From a virus (Duplodnaviria > Heunggongvirae > Uroviricota > Caudoviricetes): a DNA stretch of 17,945 bases. Location of the stretch: the IMG/VR virus record IMGVR_UViG_3300010409_000003; one strand, written 5' to 3'. Numbering within the stretch: the stretch's first letter is position 1; each line of letters begins with the position of its first letter. Of the stretch, positions 8,780 through 16,274 are shown in pieces. Position numbers and translations under genes: made by a program. The notes beneath the pieces are model-generated. The model saw only the letters and a program-made list of their open reading frames with translations. It did not search any database and had not been told where the DNA came from.

Positions 8780-9296
8780 TCTTCAGTACCTCCAATACTT
8801 GTTGTCTTCTTAATTTGGCATTACTAGCAGGGTCAATCCCTTTATTAGTAAGCCATAGTTTAACATCTCCTTTGCAGATTGCAATAGTCTTCTTAGCTAT
8901 AGCTGCCTCTTCGTAAGATGTATTATGTTTTTCTGCGTAGCTTTTAATCTTATGTGCCTCTTTAGTTACAAGCTGTAGGTTATCACCTTCACAGCGTAAA
9001 CATAAGTGTTCTAAGAAGGGTAATATATCTTCCCAATCTTTAAGACTAACATTACCTTCTACATGGTCTACCTCTGACTTACTTTTCCCTACCCACTCAC
9101 CCGATAAAGCACAATAGACTCCTGACTTAGCCCTAGTAATCATACCCTCTGGAGGAGGGTAACAGTTTTTATTTTTAAAGTCTAACTTAGGTGGGTACAT
9201 ATTCCATACCGCTTTACGTAGTGAACCCCTTAAGTAAGTAAAGAATGCAGCCTTAGACTTCCAAATATGAGGGTACTTCTCCCAAGGTTCAATCAT
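8772..9296 (-). CDS. HNH-fold endonuclease, probably a core replication/recombination nuclease
   Basis: YCALSGEW...EVDHVEG...DNLQLVTKEAHKIKS beta-beta-alpha-metal motif; sits in the exonuclease cluster. Confidence 0.75.
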   Translation of the reverse strand: MIEPWEKYPHIWKSKAAFFTYLRGSLRKAVWNMYPPKLDFKNKNCYPPPEGMITRAKSGVYCALSGEWVGKSKSEVDHVEGNVSLKDWEDILPFLEHLCLRCEGDNLQLVTKEAHKIKSYAEKHNTSYEEAAIAKKTIAICKGDVKLWLTNKGIDPASNAKLRRQQVLEVLKSD

Positions 9297-9495
9297 TAAT
9301 AATTTCCCCTTCTCTATTATACTTGTTGCCTGTAGGTACTAGCTCGTACTCCGTTATATAACCTTTATCCCGTAATCCTAATCTATTACAGGCATTACGC
9401 AACCTTTCATAAATCTTAGTACCTGTAGAGTGGTTCCTGCATTCCTCAGATTCATTATTAGTTTTAATGTAAACATACCGCTTAGTTTTAGTCAT
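9289..9495 (-). CDS. Hypothetical protein (68 aa)
   Basis: ORF abutting neighbours on the coding strand. Confidence 0.75.
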   Translation of the reverse strand: MTKTKRYVYIKTNNESEECRNHSTGTKIYERLRNACNRLGLRDKGYITEYELVPTGNKYNREGEIIND

Positions 9496-9762
9496 CTAAG
9501 GTCTTCCTGTAAGCATTTGATTAGCTTTATCCAGTACATAAGTTGTCATTAGATTACCGCTAGCATCAGCATTAATAAATACTAAATTATCTATTTCAAC
9601 TACATCATTACTATCTAGTTCAGCAGAGTAAGTATTTCCATCCGAAACCCAAAGGAGTTCATCCCCTGTTATCTCCCAATCAACCTCACGTAAATCTTCT
9701 GTTAGTATATATCCATCTAGCTCTGTAGTGGCTAAGTAATCAAAAATTTCATTAATATTCAA
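9496..9762 (-). CDS. Hypothetical acidic protein (88 aa); TTG start
   Basis: SD AAAGGAG within the exonuclease 3' end; overlaps it by 11 nt. Confidence 0.75.
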   Translation of the reverse strand: MNINEIFDYLATTELDGYILTEDLREVDWEITGDELLWVSDGNTYSAELDSNDVVEIDNLVFINADASGNLMTTYVLDKANQMLTGRP

Positions 9763-10843
9763 TGTTATTCTCCTTTAGTAATTTAGTAAATGTGGTGTCA
9801 TCGTCTTCTGTTTCTCTCATATATAATAATATAAAGAATTCATTAGCTAGTGATAACCAAGTACCCTCTAGTTTTTCTCCTGTAATACAATGCTCATATT
9901 CTATTGTTTCAGGATACCACTCTTTATATTTATTAATAACTGCTTGTAATCCCTCTGTAAATGTAGTTGTTTTCTCTAAGACTTTGAAAGTCCCCTTATC
10001 TCCAAACTTCTTACCCGATAGTTTACTAGGGAGTATATTATCTATTTTATCCCCCATTAACATTTGCGAGAGTAACCACTTCTTACCGTGACCTTTTAAC
10101 TTACCTTTGTCATTAACCCAAGTAGTACCATAACCTTCTATAAATAATGGCTCTTCCATAGTGTCTATATTAAATAGCAAACCCTGTACAGACTTCGCAT
10201 CTTTATCTAAACTACTTTGAATAGTGTTGCACTTACCTGTTTCAAGATAATGTTTATAGCCTTCTGTAGCCCTAATAGCACACATATCGTCTGTCTCTAG
10301 ACAAGGGTCTCCTTTAATAACTTTAGCTGCTAAATGGTCTTCCATATATGTACGTACTTCTTTTAACATTAAAGGTTTAATCATACCACTTCTATTACCT
10401 TTATAGGGATAAGCAGTGCATACATAGTTTCTAAAATTCTTGCCTTCCTCAAGAAAAATCTCATAAGTAGAAGTCTTACACTTTTCACAAGTAGTATCTA
10501 CCATACTCTTTATAATATGAAAAGCATGGCTTATATCTTCTACTTCTCTATCATCTTCAATAGTGAATTCTTCTAAGGTGAAAGGTTTCTCACGTTTACT
10601 GTTAATCTTAGCTAGCCAACCCCCATCTTTATTCTTACCTCTCCCATAAAACGCTGTTCGATTATCAAATCGTTTAGTCTTATTGGTTTTAGTATGAGTT
10701 ACATTAATAAACCTAGTTTCTATCGCTGATGCTGCCTTGAACGCTAGTATATCACCATCAATAACTACTGTAACTTCATCGTCATAAGTAATACCATCTA
10801 TTTTATCATGTACATACTTTGGTTTCTTAGGCTTAAAACTCAT
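9752..10843 (-). CDS. 5'-3' exonuclease (T7 gp6 / FEN-like)
   Basis: VIDGDILAF, NFR...YKGNR, LETDD, SSLDKD and MLMGDKIDNI acidic motifs of the 5' nuclease family. Confidence 0.9.
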   Translation of the reverse strand: MSFKPKKPKYVHDKIDGITYDDEVTVVIDGDILAFKAASAIETRFINVTHTKTNKTKRFDNRTAFYGRGKNKDGGWLAKINSKREKPFTLEEFTIEDDREVEDISHAFHIIKSMVDTTCEKCKTSTYEIFLEEGKNFRNYVCTAYPYKGNRSGMIKPLMLKEVRTYMEDHLAAKVIKGDPCLETDDMCAIRATEGYKHYLETGKCNTIQSSLDKDAKSVQGLLFNIDTMEEPLFIEGYGTTWVNDKGKLKGHGKKWLLSQMLMGDKIDNILPSKLSGKKFGDKGTFKVLEKTTTFTEGLQAVINKYKEWYPETIEYEHCITGEKLEGTWLSLANEFFILLYMRETEDDDTTFTKLLKENNIEY

Positions 10844-10845
10844 AA

Positions 10846-11223
10846 CTACTCCTCATAAGGGGCTATAAAATAACTAGCTCCTTGTTTAGTTTGCATAAAA
10901 GTTGCGGTGAAGTAGCCACCATTATGTATAATACTCTCTGCCAGTAATACTTGTTCTAACAAAGAATAGAAACCTGACATACTCATCATGTAGCTATGCC
11001 CTTCCTCATCTTTAACATAAAAATTAGCTGCACTCCTACCACGACCATAACCATCTAGTCTAACTGTAAGTTCCTCAGTATGATGCTCAGTAACTAATAT
11101 GGCATTCTTTTTTCGGTTATGGTCAGATTTTTCTCTTATATCGCCCGACCAACCTGTGTACCAACTTCCATCTAAGTTTAATACAGGTTTCCAACTACGA
11201 TTGTTTAGTTTACTCATCCTCAC
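10846..11223 (-). CDS. Hypothetical protein (125 aa)
   Basis: Coding-strand ORF with ATGA overlap; no function assigned. Confidence 0.8.
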   Translation of the reverse strand: MRMSKLNNRSWKPVLNLDGSWYTGWSGDIREKSDHNRKKNAILVTEHHTEELTVRLDGYGRGRSAANFYVKDEEGHSYMMSMSGFYSLLEQVLLAESIIHNGGYFTATFMQTKQGASYFIAPYEE

Positions 11224-11489
11224 CCCCCTAAAGCATTTAAGCTATTCTTAATACTATACATTTGTTTCAGTATTGCATCAATAAACACTACTTCATATTC
11301 ATCTTGTTCATCAAATCTAAAAGGCTTATTATAAATTTCACCTTTTTCTATCAAATGTTCTGGTATACAAGGTGTTTTACTATTCATCCAAGCTGCTTTA
11401 GCATGTGAAGGTTGTTTCCACCCTACTTTACCAGAAGTTGCTCTCCAAATCTCACCTGTAGACTTGTTAACTATCATTACTGGATTCAT
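11220..11489 (-). CDS. Hypothetical protein (89 aa)
   Basis: Strong SD TAAGGAGGT before ATG. Confidence 0.85.
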   Translation of the reverse strand: MNPVMIVNKSTGEIWRATSGKVGWKQPSHAKAAWMNSKTPCIPEHLIEKGEIYNKPFRFDEQDEYEVVFIDAILKQMYSIKNSLNALGG

Positions 11490-11505
11490 TTTACCTCCTT
11501 AAAAT

Positions 11506-11532
11506 AAAAAAAAAGGGAGGCTTTTCTCCCTT
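11506..11532 (-). terminator. Intrinsic terminator
   Basis: AAGGGAG/CTCCCTT 7-bp stem, 6-nt loop, followed by a long U tract (A9 at 11506-11514 on plus). Confidence 0.85.
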
Positions 11533-11551
11533 GTATCTAGTCTTACTCTAT

Positions 11552-11722
11552 TTAAATATCAAATATAGTTTGTATACTTACTATGATTATAGCCACTACT
11601 GTAATAATTGTAATAGGCAACCACAATGGAGACAACACCCACCACCAACTCCAGTCAATGTAATTTGTTAATTTCAAACCTGTAAACAACACTGTTAATA
11701 AACTAAATAGTCCTACTTGCAT
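11552..11722 (-). CDS. Small membrane protein, 56 aa (not in ORF track): MQVGLFSLLTVLFTGLKLTNYIDWSWWWVLSPLWLPITIITVVAIIIVSIQTIFDI
   Basis: SD AGGAG; two hydrophobic segments around LKLT..IDWSWWWVLSPLW, a motif I recognise from small phage membrane proteins. Confidence 0.88.
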   Translation of the reverse strand: MQVGLFSLLTVLFTGLKLTNYIDWSWWWVLSPLWLPITIITVVAIIIVSIQTIFDI

Positions 11723-11735
11723 ATTGTTTCTCCTA

Positions 11736-11942
11736 TTATTTATTAATAACTAAATGGTACATTAAAAGTAGAACTACATGACAAGTAACATATAGTGTAG
11801 GAAGTACTAATAAACTCCAATGTATTGGTATGTTTGTCCACCCTGCCGCTGTAGTAATCGTTAGTACCAGAGGTACGAAAGCCATTATAAGTGGTAAATT
11901 ATAGAGTGCTGCGAGTACTAAGTGATTATATAATTCAACCAT
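11736..11942 (-). CDS. Small membrane protein (68 aa)
   Basis: Largely hydrophobic with 2 predicted TM segments; GGGGG SD. Confidence 0.75.
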   Translation of the reverse strand: MVELYNHLVLAALYNLPLIMAFVPLVLTITTAAGWTNIPIHWSLLVLPTLYVTCHVVLLLMYHLVINK

Positions 11943-11945
11943 AAC

Positions 11946-12197
11946 TTAACCCCCATAAACCTGTTCATTTAACTCTTCAATACTATTATATTCCTCAATA
12001 ATACTATCATATTTATCTTTGTGTAATAATGTAGCCAACTTCTTAATACGGGCTGCCTCTTCCTTATCGTATTTACTAGTTAGTTCTTCCATAATACTCT
12101 TAATATTTTCTGCTGCCACTTCTTGATTACCTAGTTGTACTTGTAATTCACTGATAGCTGCTGATACTACACGTTTATCTAATTTAATTTCTGTCAT
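11946..12197 (-). CDS. T4 DsbA-like (GapR-like fold) double-stranded DNA-binding protein
   Basis: 83 aa helical protein. C-terminal KKLATLLHKDKYD...E...EEL.EQV resembles the LxHKDxxD...E...EL...V region of T4 DsbA as I recall it. Confidence 0.7.
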   Translation of the reverse strand: MTEIKLDKRVVSAAISELQVQLGNQEVAAENIKSIMEELTSKYDKEEAARIKKLATLLHKDKYDSIIEEYNSIEELNEQVYGG

Positions 12198-12200
12198 TAT

Positions 12201-12371
12201 TTAGTCCTCTTTAATCTTATATTCAACATTATTACGTACACCATCAAATTCTTCTGCTGCAATGTCTATCCAACCAATACAACTATTGCATTGTAGTAGC
12301 CCCATATTACCTGCGTTATTAATCTCATCTGGTGCTATATTATCTTCCACACACTTGAATACAGTACTCAT
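12201..12371 (-). CDS. Small hypothetical protein, 56 aa (not in ORF track): MSTVFKCVEDNIAPDEINNAGNMGLLQCNSCIGWIDIAAEEFDGVRNNVEYKIKED
   Basis: SD AAAGGAG; fills the gap exactly; contains CxxC. Confidence 0.8.
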   Translation of the reverse strand: MSTVFKCVEDNIAPDEINNAGNMGLLQCNSCIGWIDIAAEEFDGVRNNVEYKIKED

Positions 12372-12382
12372 ACTCTTCTCCT

Positions 12383-12691
12383 TTAAACTTCACTATAAAC
12401 TACTGTTGTAACTTCTCTAGGGTAGACTTCTACTACCGAGTCAATACCTTCGAAAGTATAACCTGCATCTTCCCAACTATTATCATTAGTACCTTTACAC
12501 GAGGTATACTTGAAGTATCTATCTACACCACCATCAACAATCTTACAAACTATAGAGTATTCAATACGCCACCTATACTCCTCATCGTCTCCTTCCCAAA
12601 CTATAGGGAAGCATTCTCTGAGTGTTTCTTCTAAACTATCCTCCGTGATATATTTATTATGACTTTCTAGTATCTGTCTTAATGTGTTCAT
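12383..12691 (-). CDS. Hypothetical acidic protein (102 aa)
   Basis: SD AAGGAG; coding strand. Confidence 0.85.
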   Translation of the reverse strand: MNTLRQILESHNKYITEDSLEETLRECFPIVWEGDDEEYRWRIEYSIVCKIVDGGVDRYFKYTSCKGTNDNSWEDAGYTFEGIDSVVEVYPREVTTVVYSEV

Positions 12692-12701
12692 CTTATTCTC
12701 C

Positions 12702-12917
12702 TTAAACTTCTGAAATGGTAATATATTGATAACCCATTAAATCATCAACGAGTTCATCCATACTCTCTAACTCGCACTCGTCAACTAAATATCCATAACG
12801 TTTAGTCAACGCTTCCTTTACATTAACTCCATCAGGTACAATAAAGACTTCTTCATTGTTGTTACCACCAAATTCACCACCAATATCAAACTCACACCAC
12901 ACTTTAATGTACTGCAT
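12702..12917 (-). CDS. Hypothetical acidic protein (71 aa)
   Basis: SD AAAGGAG; coding strand. Confidence 0.82.
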   Translation of the reverse strand: MQYIKVWCEFDIGGEFGGNNNEEVFIVPDGVNVKEALTKRYGYLVDECELESMDELVDDLMGYQYITISEV

Positions 12918-12943
12918 CTTATTCTCCTTTATTAATCTTTAAT

Positions 12944-13020
12944 TAGAGACCCCTCAGAGACATTCTAAGAGGTATTATTCTCTAACCTACCCAATGGTAT
13001 ACCTTAGTCATTAAGTAGGC
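12944..13020 (-). other. Intergenic two-hairpin structured element (candidate cis-RNA or ncRNA)
   Basis: Hairpin A 12985-13020 (12-bp stem, 3 G-U). Directly adjacent hairpin B 12944-12984 (5-bp plus 10-bp stems, 2 G-U). No U tract. Confidence 0.55.
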
Positions 13021-13039
13021 TTATTTTGCTCCCTAGAGG

Positions 13040-14002
13040 CTAGAACAATGGAGCTTCGTCATCAAAAGGACTTTCCTCTTCCACTACTTTAGCTTTCGAT
13101 TTAGTAGGAGCTTTAGCTTTCTTTGCTTTAGGTGTCTCTTCTGGTTCTTGCTCATTAGCTTTCTCCTGATTATCTCCTTCCAACACTTCTTGCATTTTAC
13201 TACCTTCATAGTTGATAGCTTTCTTAATCTTCTTAATAACGTCACCACGTAACCATTTAAGGTCATCTTTAGTTACATTATCAAAGGTGATAGCCTTAGC
13301 TTCACAAGACATAGCTTTGACATTTAATTCAATTTCATCACTATCTACATCTAGAGGGTTACTAGGAACCATTGGAACCTCAGCACCACCTTTGTAGTTA
13401 ATGTATACCTTATCATCACGTTGGTCTTTCTTAACTGTAGCCATGAAAGGTTTACCTAACATCTGGGTAACATCCATGTTATCGTCACCAAAACCAGAAA
13501 CAATCTGTGTTTGCTTGGTGTATAAAGCTAACTTAGTTAACTGTGAGTTACTATGGAAGGTAAATCCTTTATCCTTAAGAATGTTACCTTTAGCATCAAA
13601 GCTAGGACAACCACTAAATGCAATACCTTTAATATCTCCCATGAAAGAACTATTAACTAGTAGGCGGTAAGGCTGTTTACCTAAGTCTTCTCCATAATCA
13701 ACTACATCATTAGTTAGGTCACAGAATACAGCAATTTGTGCATTAGGTTTCTGCTCACGGAAGAAAATATCTTTACCCTCAACTTCTTCTACATATGCAA
13801 TACCTTCTTCAATTTCTTTCTTCTGTTTTGTTGTACCACTAAAGTCCTCTTGAAAGTCTTCACGTTCTTGAACACCTAAGTCTACAATAAGACTGATTCT
13901 AGCAGGGCGGCTACCTCCACGAACTTGGGTGTTGACTGCGTTATAATCAATACTTGAACCTGTATTCTCTGTGCTCATACTACTCTTTGGTTTGAAACTC
14001 AT
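13040..14002 (-). CDS. Putative single-stranded DNA-binding protein
   Basis: PARISLIVDLGVQ beta-rich core, Lys/Ala linker and acidic tail ending in an aromatic residue (FDDEAPLF), typical of phage SSBs; replication context. Confidence 0.65.
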   Translation of the reverse strand: MSFKPKSSMSTENTGSSIDYNAVNTQVRGGSRPARISLIVDLGVQEREDFQEDFSGTTKQKKEIEEGIAYVEEVEGKDIFFREQKPNAQIAVFCDLTNDVVDYGEDLGKQPYRLLVNSSFMGDIKGIAFSGCPSFDAKGNILKDKGFTFHSNSQLTKLALYTKQTQIVSGFGDDNMDVTQMLGKPFMATVKKDQRDDKVYINYKGGAEVPMVPSNPLDVDSDEIELNVKAMSCEAKAITFDNVTKDDLKWLRGDVIKKIKKAINYEGSKMQEVLEGDNQEKANEQEPEETPKAKKAKAPTKSKAKVVEEESPFDDEAPLF

Positions 14003-14027
14003 CTTTGTACTCCTATTTTAGTTTAAA

Positions 14028-14630
14028 TTATTTTAATTGTTCGTTTAGTTTACTTACACTAACATTAGGTAAGTTAATCTTACTTGGGTTAGCAATACTT
14101 TCTGGTATAAATTCTTCAATCTCAGGCCATTGTTCTAGTAATTGTCCTGTAGTATTAACACCTTGCAATACTTGGTCAACTTCACCTTTGTAGATACTAC
14201 GTGTTTCTAAATAAGCATCTACCTCTTTATTAAAGACTTTAGTTAACTCACGAGCTTCTTGATGTTCAGTCCATAGTGTATCGTCTTCTGTAAATACGTA
14301 TTCAACTTTAGACTTACTAGTAGATACTTTGTAAGTATGTGAAAAACTACTAACTCCTGTAGGAGTGTAACTAAAATCTATATGTTCTATACTATCATTA
14401 GGTGTTTGAATGCTAATATAGCTACTAGTATTCAATAAATCTTGTGGCACACTATCTAAATTATACTTACCATACACTTTAGTATGTACTTTATCGGCTA
14501 AAATTCCTTTTAACTCTTTCAACGTAGGTAACTCACTCGTTGGCTTTGGGTTACTCTCATCAAACTTTTGCATAATACTATTTAAAATATTAGTACGTAA
14601 ATCTTTATTTAATCTTAACGACTTCTTCAT
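14028..14630 (-). CDS. Nmad5-like (nucleotide modification associated domain 5) protein
   Basis: N-terminal RLNKDLRTNILNSI and C-terminal VNTTGQLLEQWPEIEEFIP resemble the Nmad5 family signature. Confidence 0.62.
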   Translation of the reverse strand: MKKSLRLNKDLRTNILNSIMQKFDESNPKPTSELPTLKELKGILADKVHTKVYGKYNLDSVPQDLLNTSSYISIQTPNDSIEHIDFSYTPTGVSSFSHTYKVSTSKSKVEYVFTEDDTLWTEHQEARELTKVFNKEVDAYLETRSIYKGEVDQVLQGVNTTGQLLEQWPEIEEFIPESIANPSKINLPNVSVSKLNEQLK

Positions 14631-14651
14631 ATTTCCTCCTTTAGTTTAAAA

Positions 14652-14834
14652 TTAATCTTCACTATCTGAATTAATAGCTTCGGATATATCTTTAATTTCT
14701 TTACCTACATTAATAATAGTCTGTTTTACACCACCTTCTTCTTTAACAGCGTTACTTATGTAAAGAATACTACCGAAGAAAGTAATAAAACATAATACCA
14801 CTATACCTAACATAGTTTTCTCAATAAGTGTCAT
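14652..14834 (-). CDS. Small membrane-anchored protein (60 aa)
   Basis: Single N-terminal TM segment (MLGIVVLCFITFFGSILYI) followed by a charged tail. Confidence 0.75.
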   Translation of the reverse strand: MTLIEKTMLGIVVLCFITFFGSILYISNAVKEEGGVKQTIINVGKEIKDISEAINSDSED

Positions 14835-15021
14835 ATTCTAGTACCCCCTGCTTACTACGACTTAATAAATTCATAATCTTGTTATACCCAACCAAGACTT
14901 TATCCTTATGTTTCATATCATCCACCTTGTCACCACGGTTATTGATTAAATCTAGATAAATACTTTGTGTACGTACACTCACCATTTCATTATTAAATTG
15001 TTCTACTGTACTATTTGTCAT
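14821..15021 (-). CDS. Hypothetical protein (66 aa)
   Basis: TAATG coupling to the upstream gene. Confidence 0.7.
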   Translation of the reverse strand: MTNSTVEQFNNEMVSVRTQSIYLDLINNRGDKVDDMKHKDKVLVGYNKIMNLLSRSKQGVLEYDTY

Positions 15022-15365
15022 TATACTTTTACTCCTTTTAAATGTGCTGTTGCTTGTTGAAATTCTTCTTTATCAAATATTGTATCTCCTACTTGAATTG
15101 TTTCTTTTACTTCTGGTGTACTATACTTTAAAAACATTTCAGTGTCAACCCAATTGTAGATTTCACTCTTATAATCTAGAGGGTTAGTCATTAACACAGT
15201 ATCATTAGGGTTAGCAACCATGTTATAAGCTATAGCCGTACCGTAGGAACACTCTGACCAAACCTCATCCTCATAACCCTGACTCACCAAAACCGCCACC
15301 ACAGCCTTAGCTTGTTTTACATCTTTAATTCTAAAAATATAACCTTGTGACTTATCTAATAACAT
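15021..15365 (-). CDS. Hypothetical protein (114 aa)
   Basis: TAATG coupling on both sides. Confidence 0.82.
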   Translation of the reverse strand: MLLDKSQGYIFRIKDVKQAKAVVAVLVSQGYEDEVWSECSYGTAIAYNMVANPNDTVLMTNPLDYKSEIYNWVDTEMFLKYSTPEVKETIQVGDTIFDKEEFQQATAHLKGVKV

Positions 15366-16246
15366 TATTTCATCTCCTTTAGTTTATTAATCTGTTCTTG
15401 AGCTTGTGTAATTGTACCCTGTAACTCTTCAATTTGCAAGTCTTTTTCTGATTTTTCTTCACGTTTCCATAGTAGTTTTCTTTTGTCTGGTTCATACTCA
15501 CGTATGAAACTATGAGGGCTTGTTTGTATATAGACTCTCATAATATCACCTACACTGTTGCAGTTATGTTTTAGTTCTTCTGTGTATCTCCTAATATAGA
15601 GCCAATTATACTCTTTTAATGCTACTAATACATCCTTAGTATTATTTCTATCATGAGAGCAGTCAACATCTTTAAACACCACATACTCTTCTCCATTACG
15701 TAATACTACTAAGTGTCCTGTTTTTAAATCATCTTTTGTAAATTGTTTGTTAGTCATGCCTATAAGCTCCTTAAATTGTTGTTTAGTAAGTTGTTTACTT
15801 AGGAATCTACTATACTGTAATGTACAATTGGAGGTATATGGCTTAGATTCAGTACTCACTACTAAGGCGGTGTCATTTTGATTAAAACCCCAGTTATCAA
15901 CTCCACCCCACTTCTCCTTAACAAATTCCATCATACTTTCATCGAAATCATTTGTAAAGTAAAATATTCCATCTTCTAGCTTATCCATTGTTGTTTCCTC
16001 TTCTGGCATTCCTAGGTGGCGTTTAAATTCTTGTTTAGTTAGCTTGGTGAATATCTCTTCACCATTAATATATCCTATATTATTAGCAGTCCATATTTCA
16101 CCTAACACTCCTTTTTTTAGGTAATCGTGTTTAGTATTCCAATGGCAGCTATTGAAGTACCTACTGCCACATTTAGTTGGCCTATCTTTAGTTAACCAAT
16201 CTAACATTTCTTGGTCAAAGTCATCTGTGTAAAAGTTGTTATCCAT
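15365..16246 (-). CDS. Modular hypothetical protein (293 aa): two tandem related ~80-aa modules, a TKDDLKTGxxVxLRNG domain and a C-terminal coiled coil
   Basis: FYTDDFDQEM...KLTKQEFKRHLGM versus FYFTNDFDESM...QLTKQQFKELIGM; tail LQIEELQGTITQAQEQINKLKEM. Confidence 0.88.
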   Translation of the reverse strand: MDNNFYTDDFDQEMLDWLTKDRPTKCGSRYFNSCHWNTKHDYLKKGVLGEIWTANNIGYINGEEIFTKLTKQEFKRHLGMPEEETTMDKLEDGIFYFTNDFDESMMEFVKEKWGGVDNWGFNQNDTALVVSTESKPYTSNCTLQYSRFLSKQLTKQQFKELIGMTNKQFTKDDLKTGHLVVLRNGEEYVVFKDVDCSHDRNNTKDVLVALKEYNWLYIRRYTEELKHNCNSVGDIMRVYIQTSPHSFIREYEPDKRKLLWKREEKSEKDLQIEELQGTITQAQEQINKLKEMK

Positions 16247-16274
16247 TTTATTATCCTCTTATTAACTTGAAGCT

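Noticed and set aside
893-13008. Complementary 9-mers (ACTAAGGTA at 893-901 and TACCTTAGT at 13000-13008) in two hairpin elements, suggesting trans pairing or a shared operator
   Set aside because: A 9-nt match among AT-rich intergenic sequences is about what chance predicts; no third copy was noticed.
13084-13266. Basic 60-aa minus-strand ORF nested in the SSB gene
   Set aside because: Alternative frame of the A-rich Lys/Glu linker; no SD; composition is explained by the main frame.
307-14193. Plus-strand ORFs in the track (307..555, 8263..8475, 9762..10091, 13212..13397, 13401..13670, 14005..14193)
   Set aside because: All lie antisense to well-supported minus-strand genes, lack an SD and have Ser/Leu/hydrophobic shadow composition.
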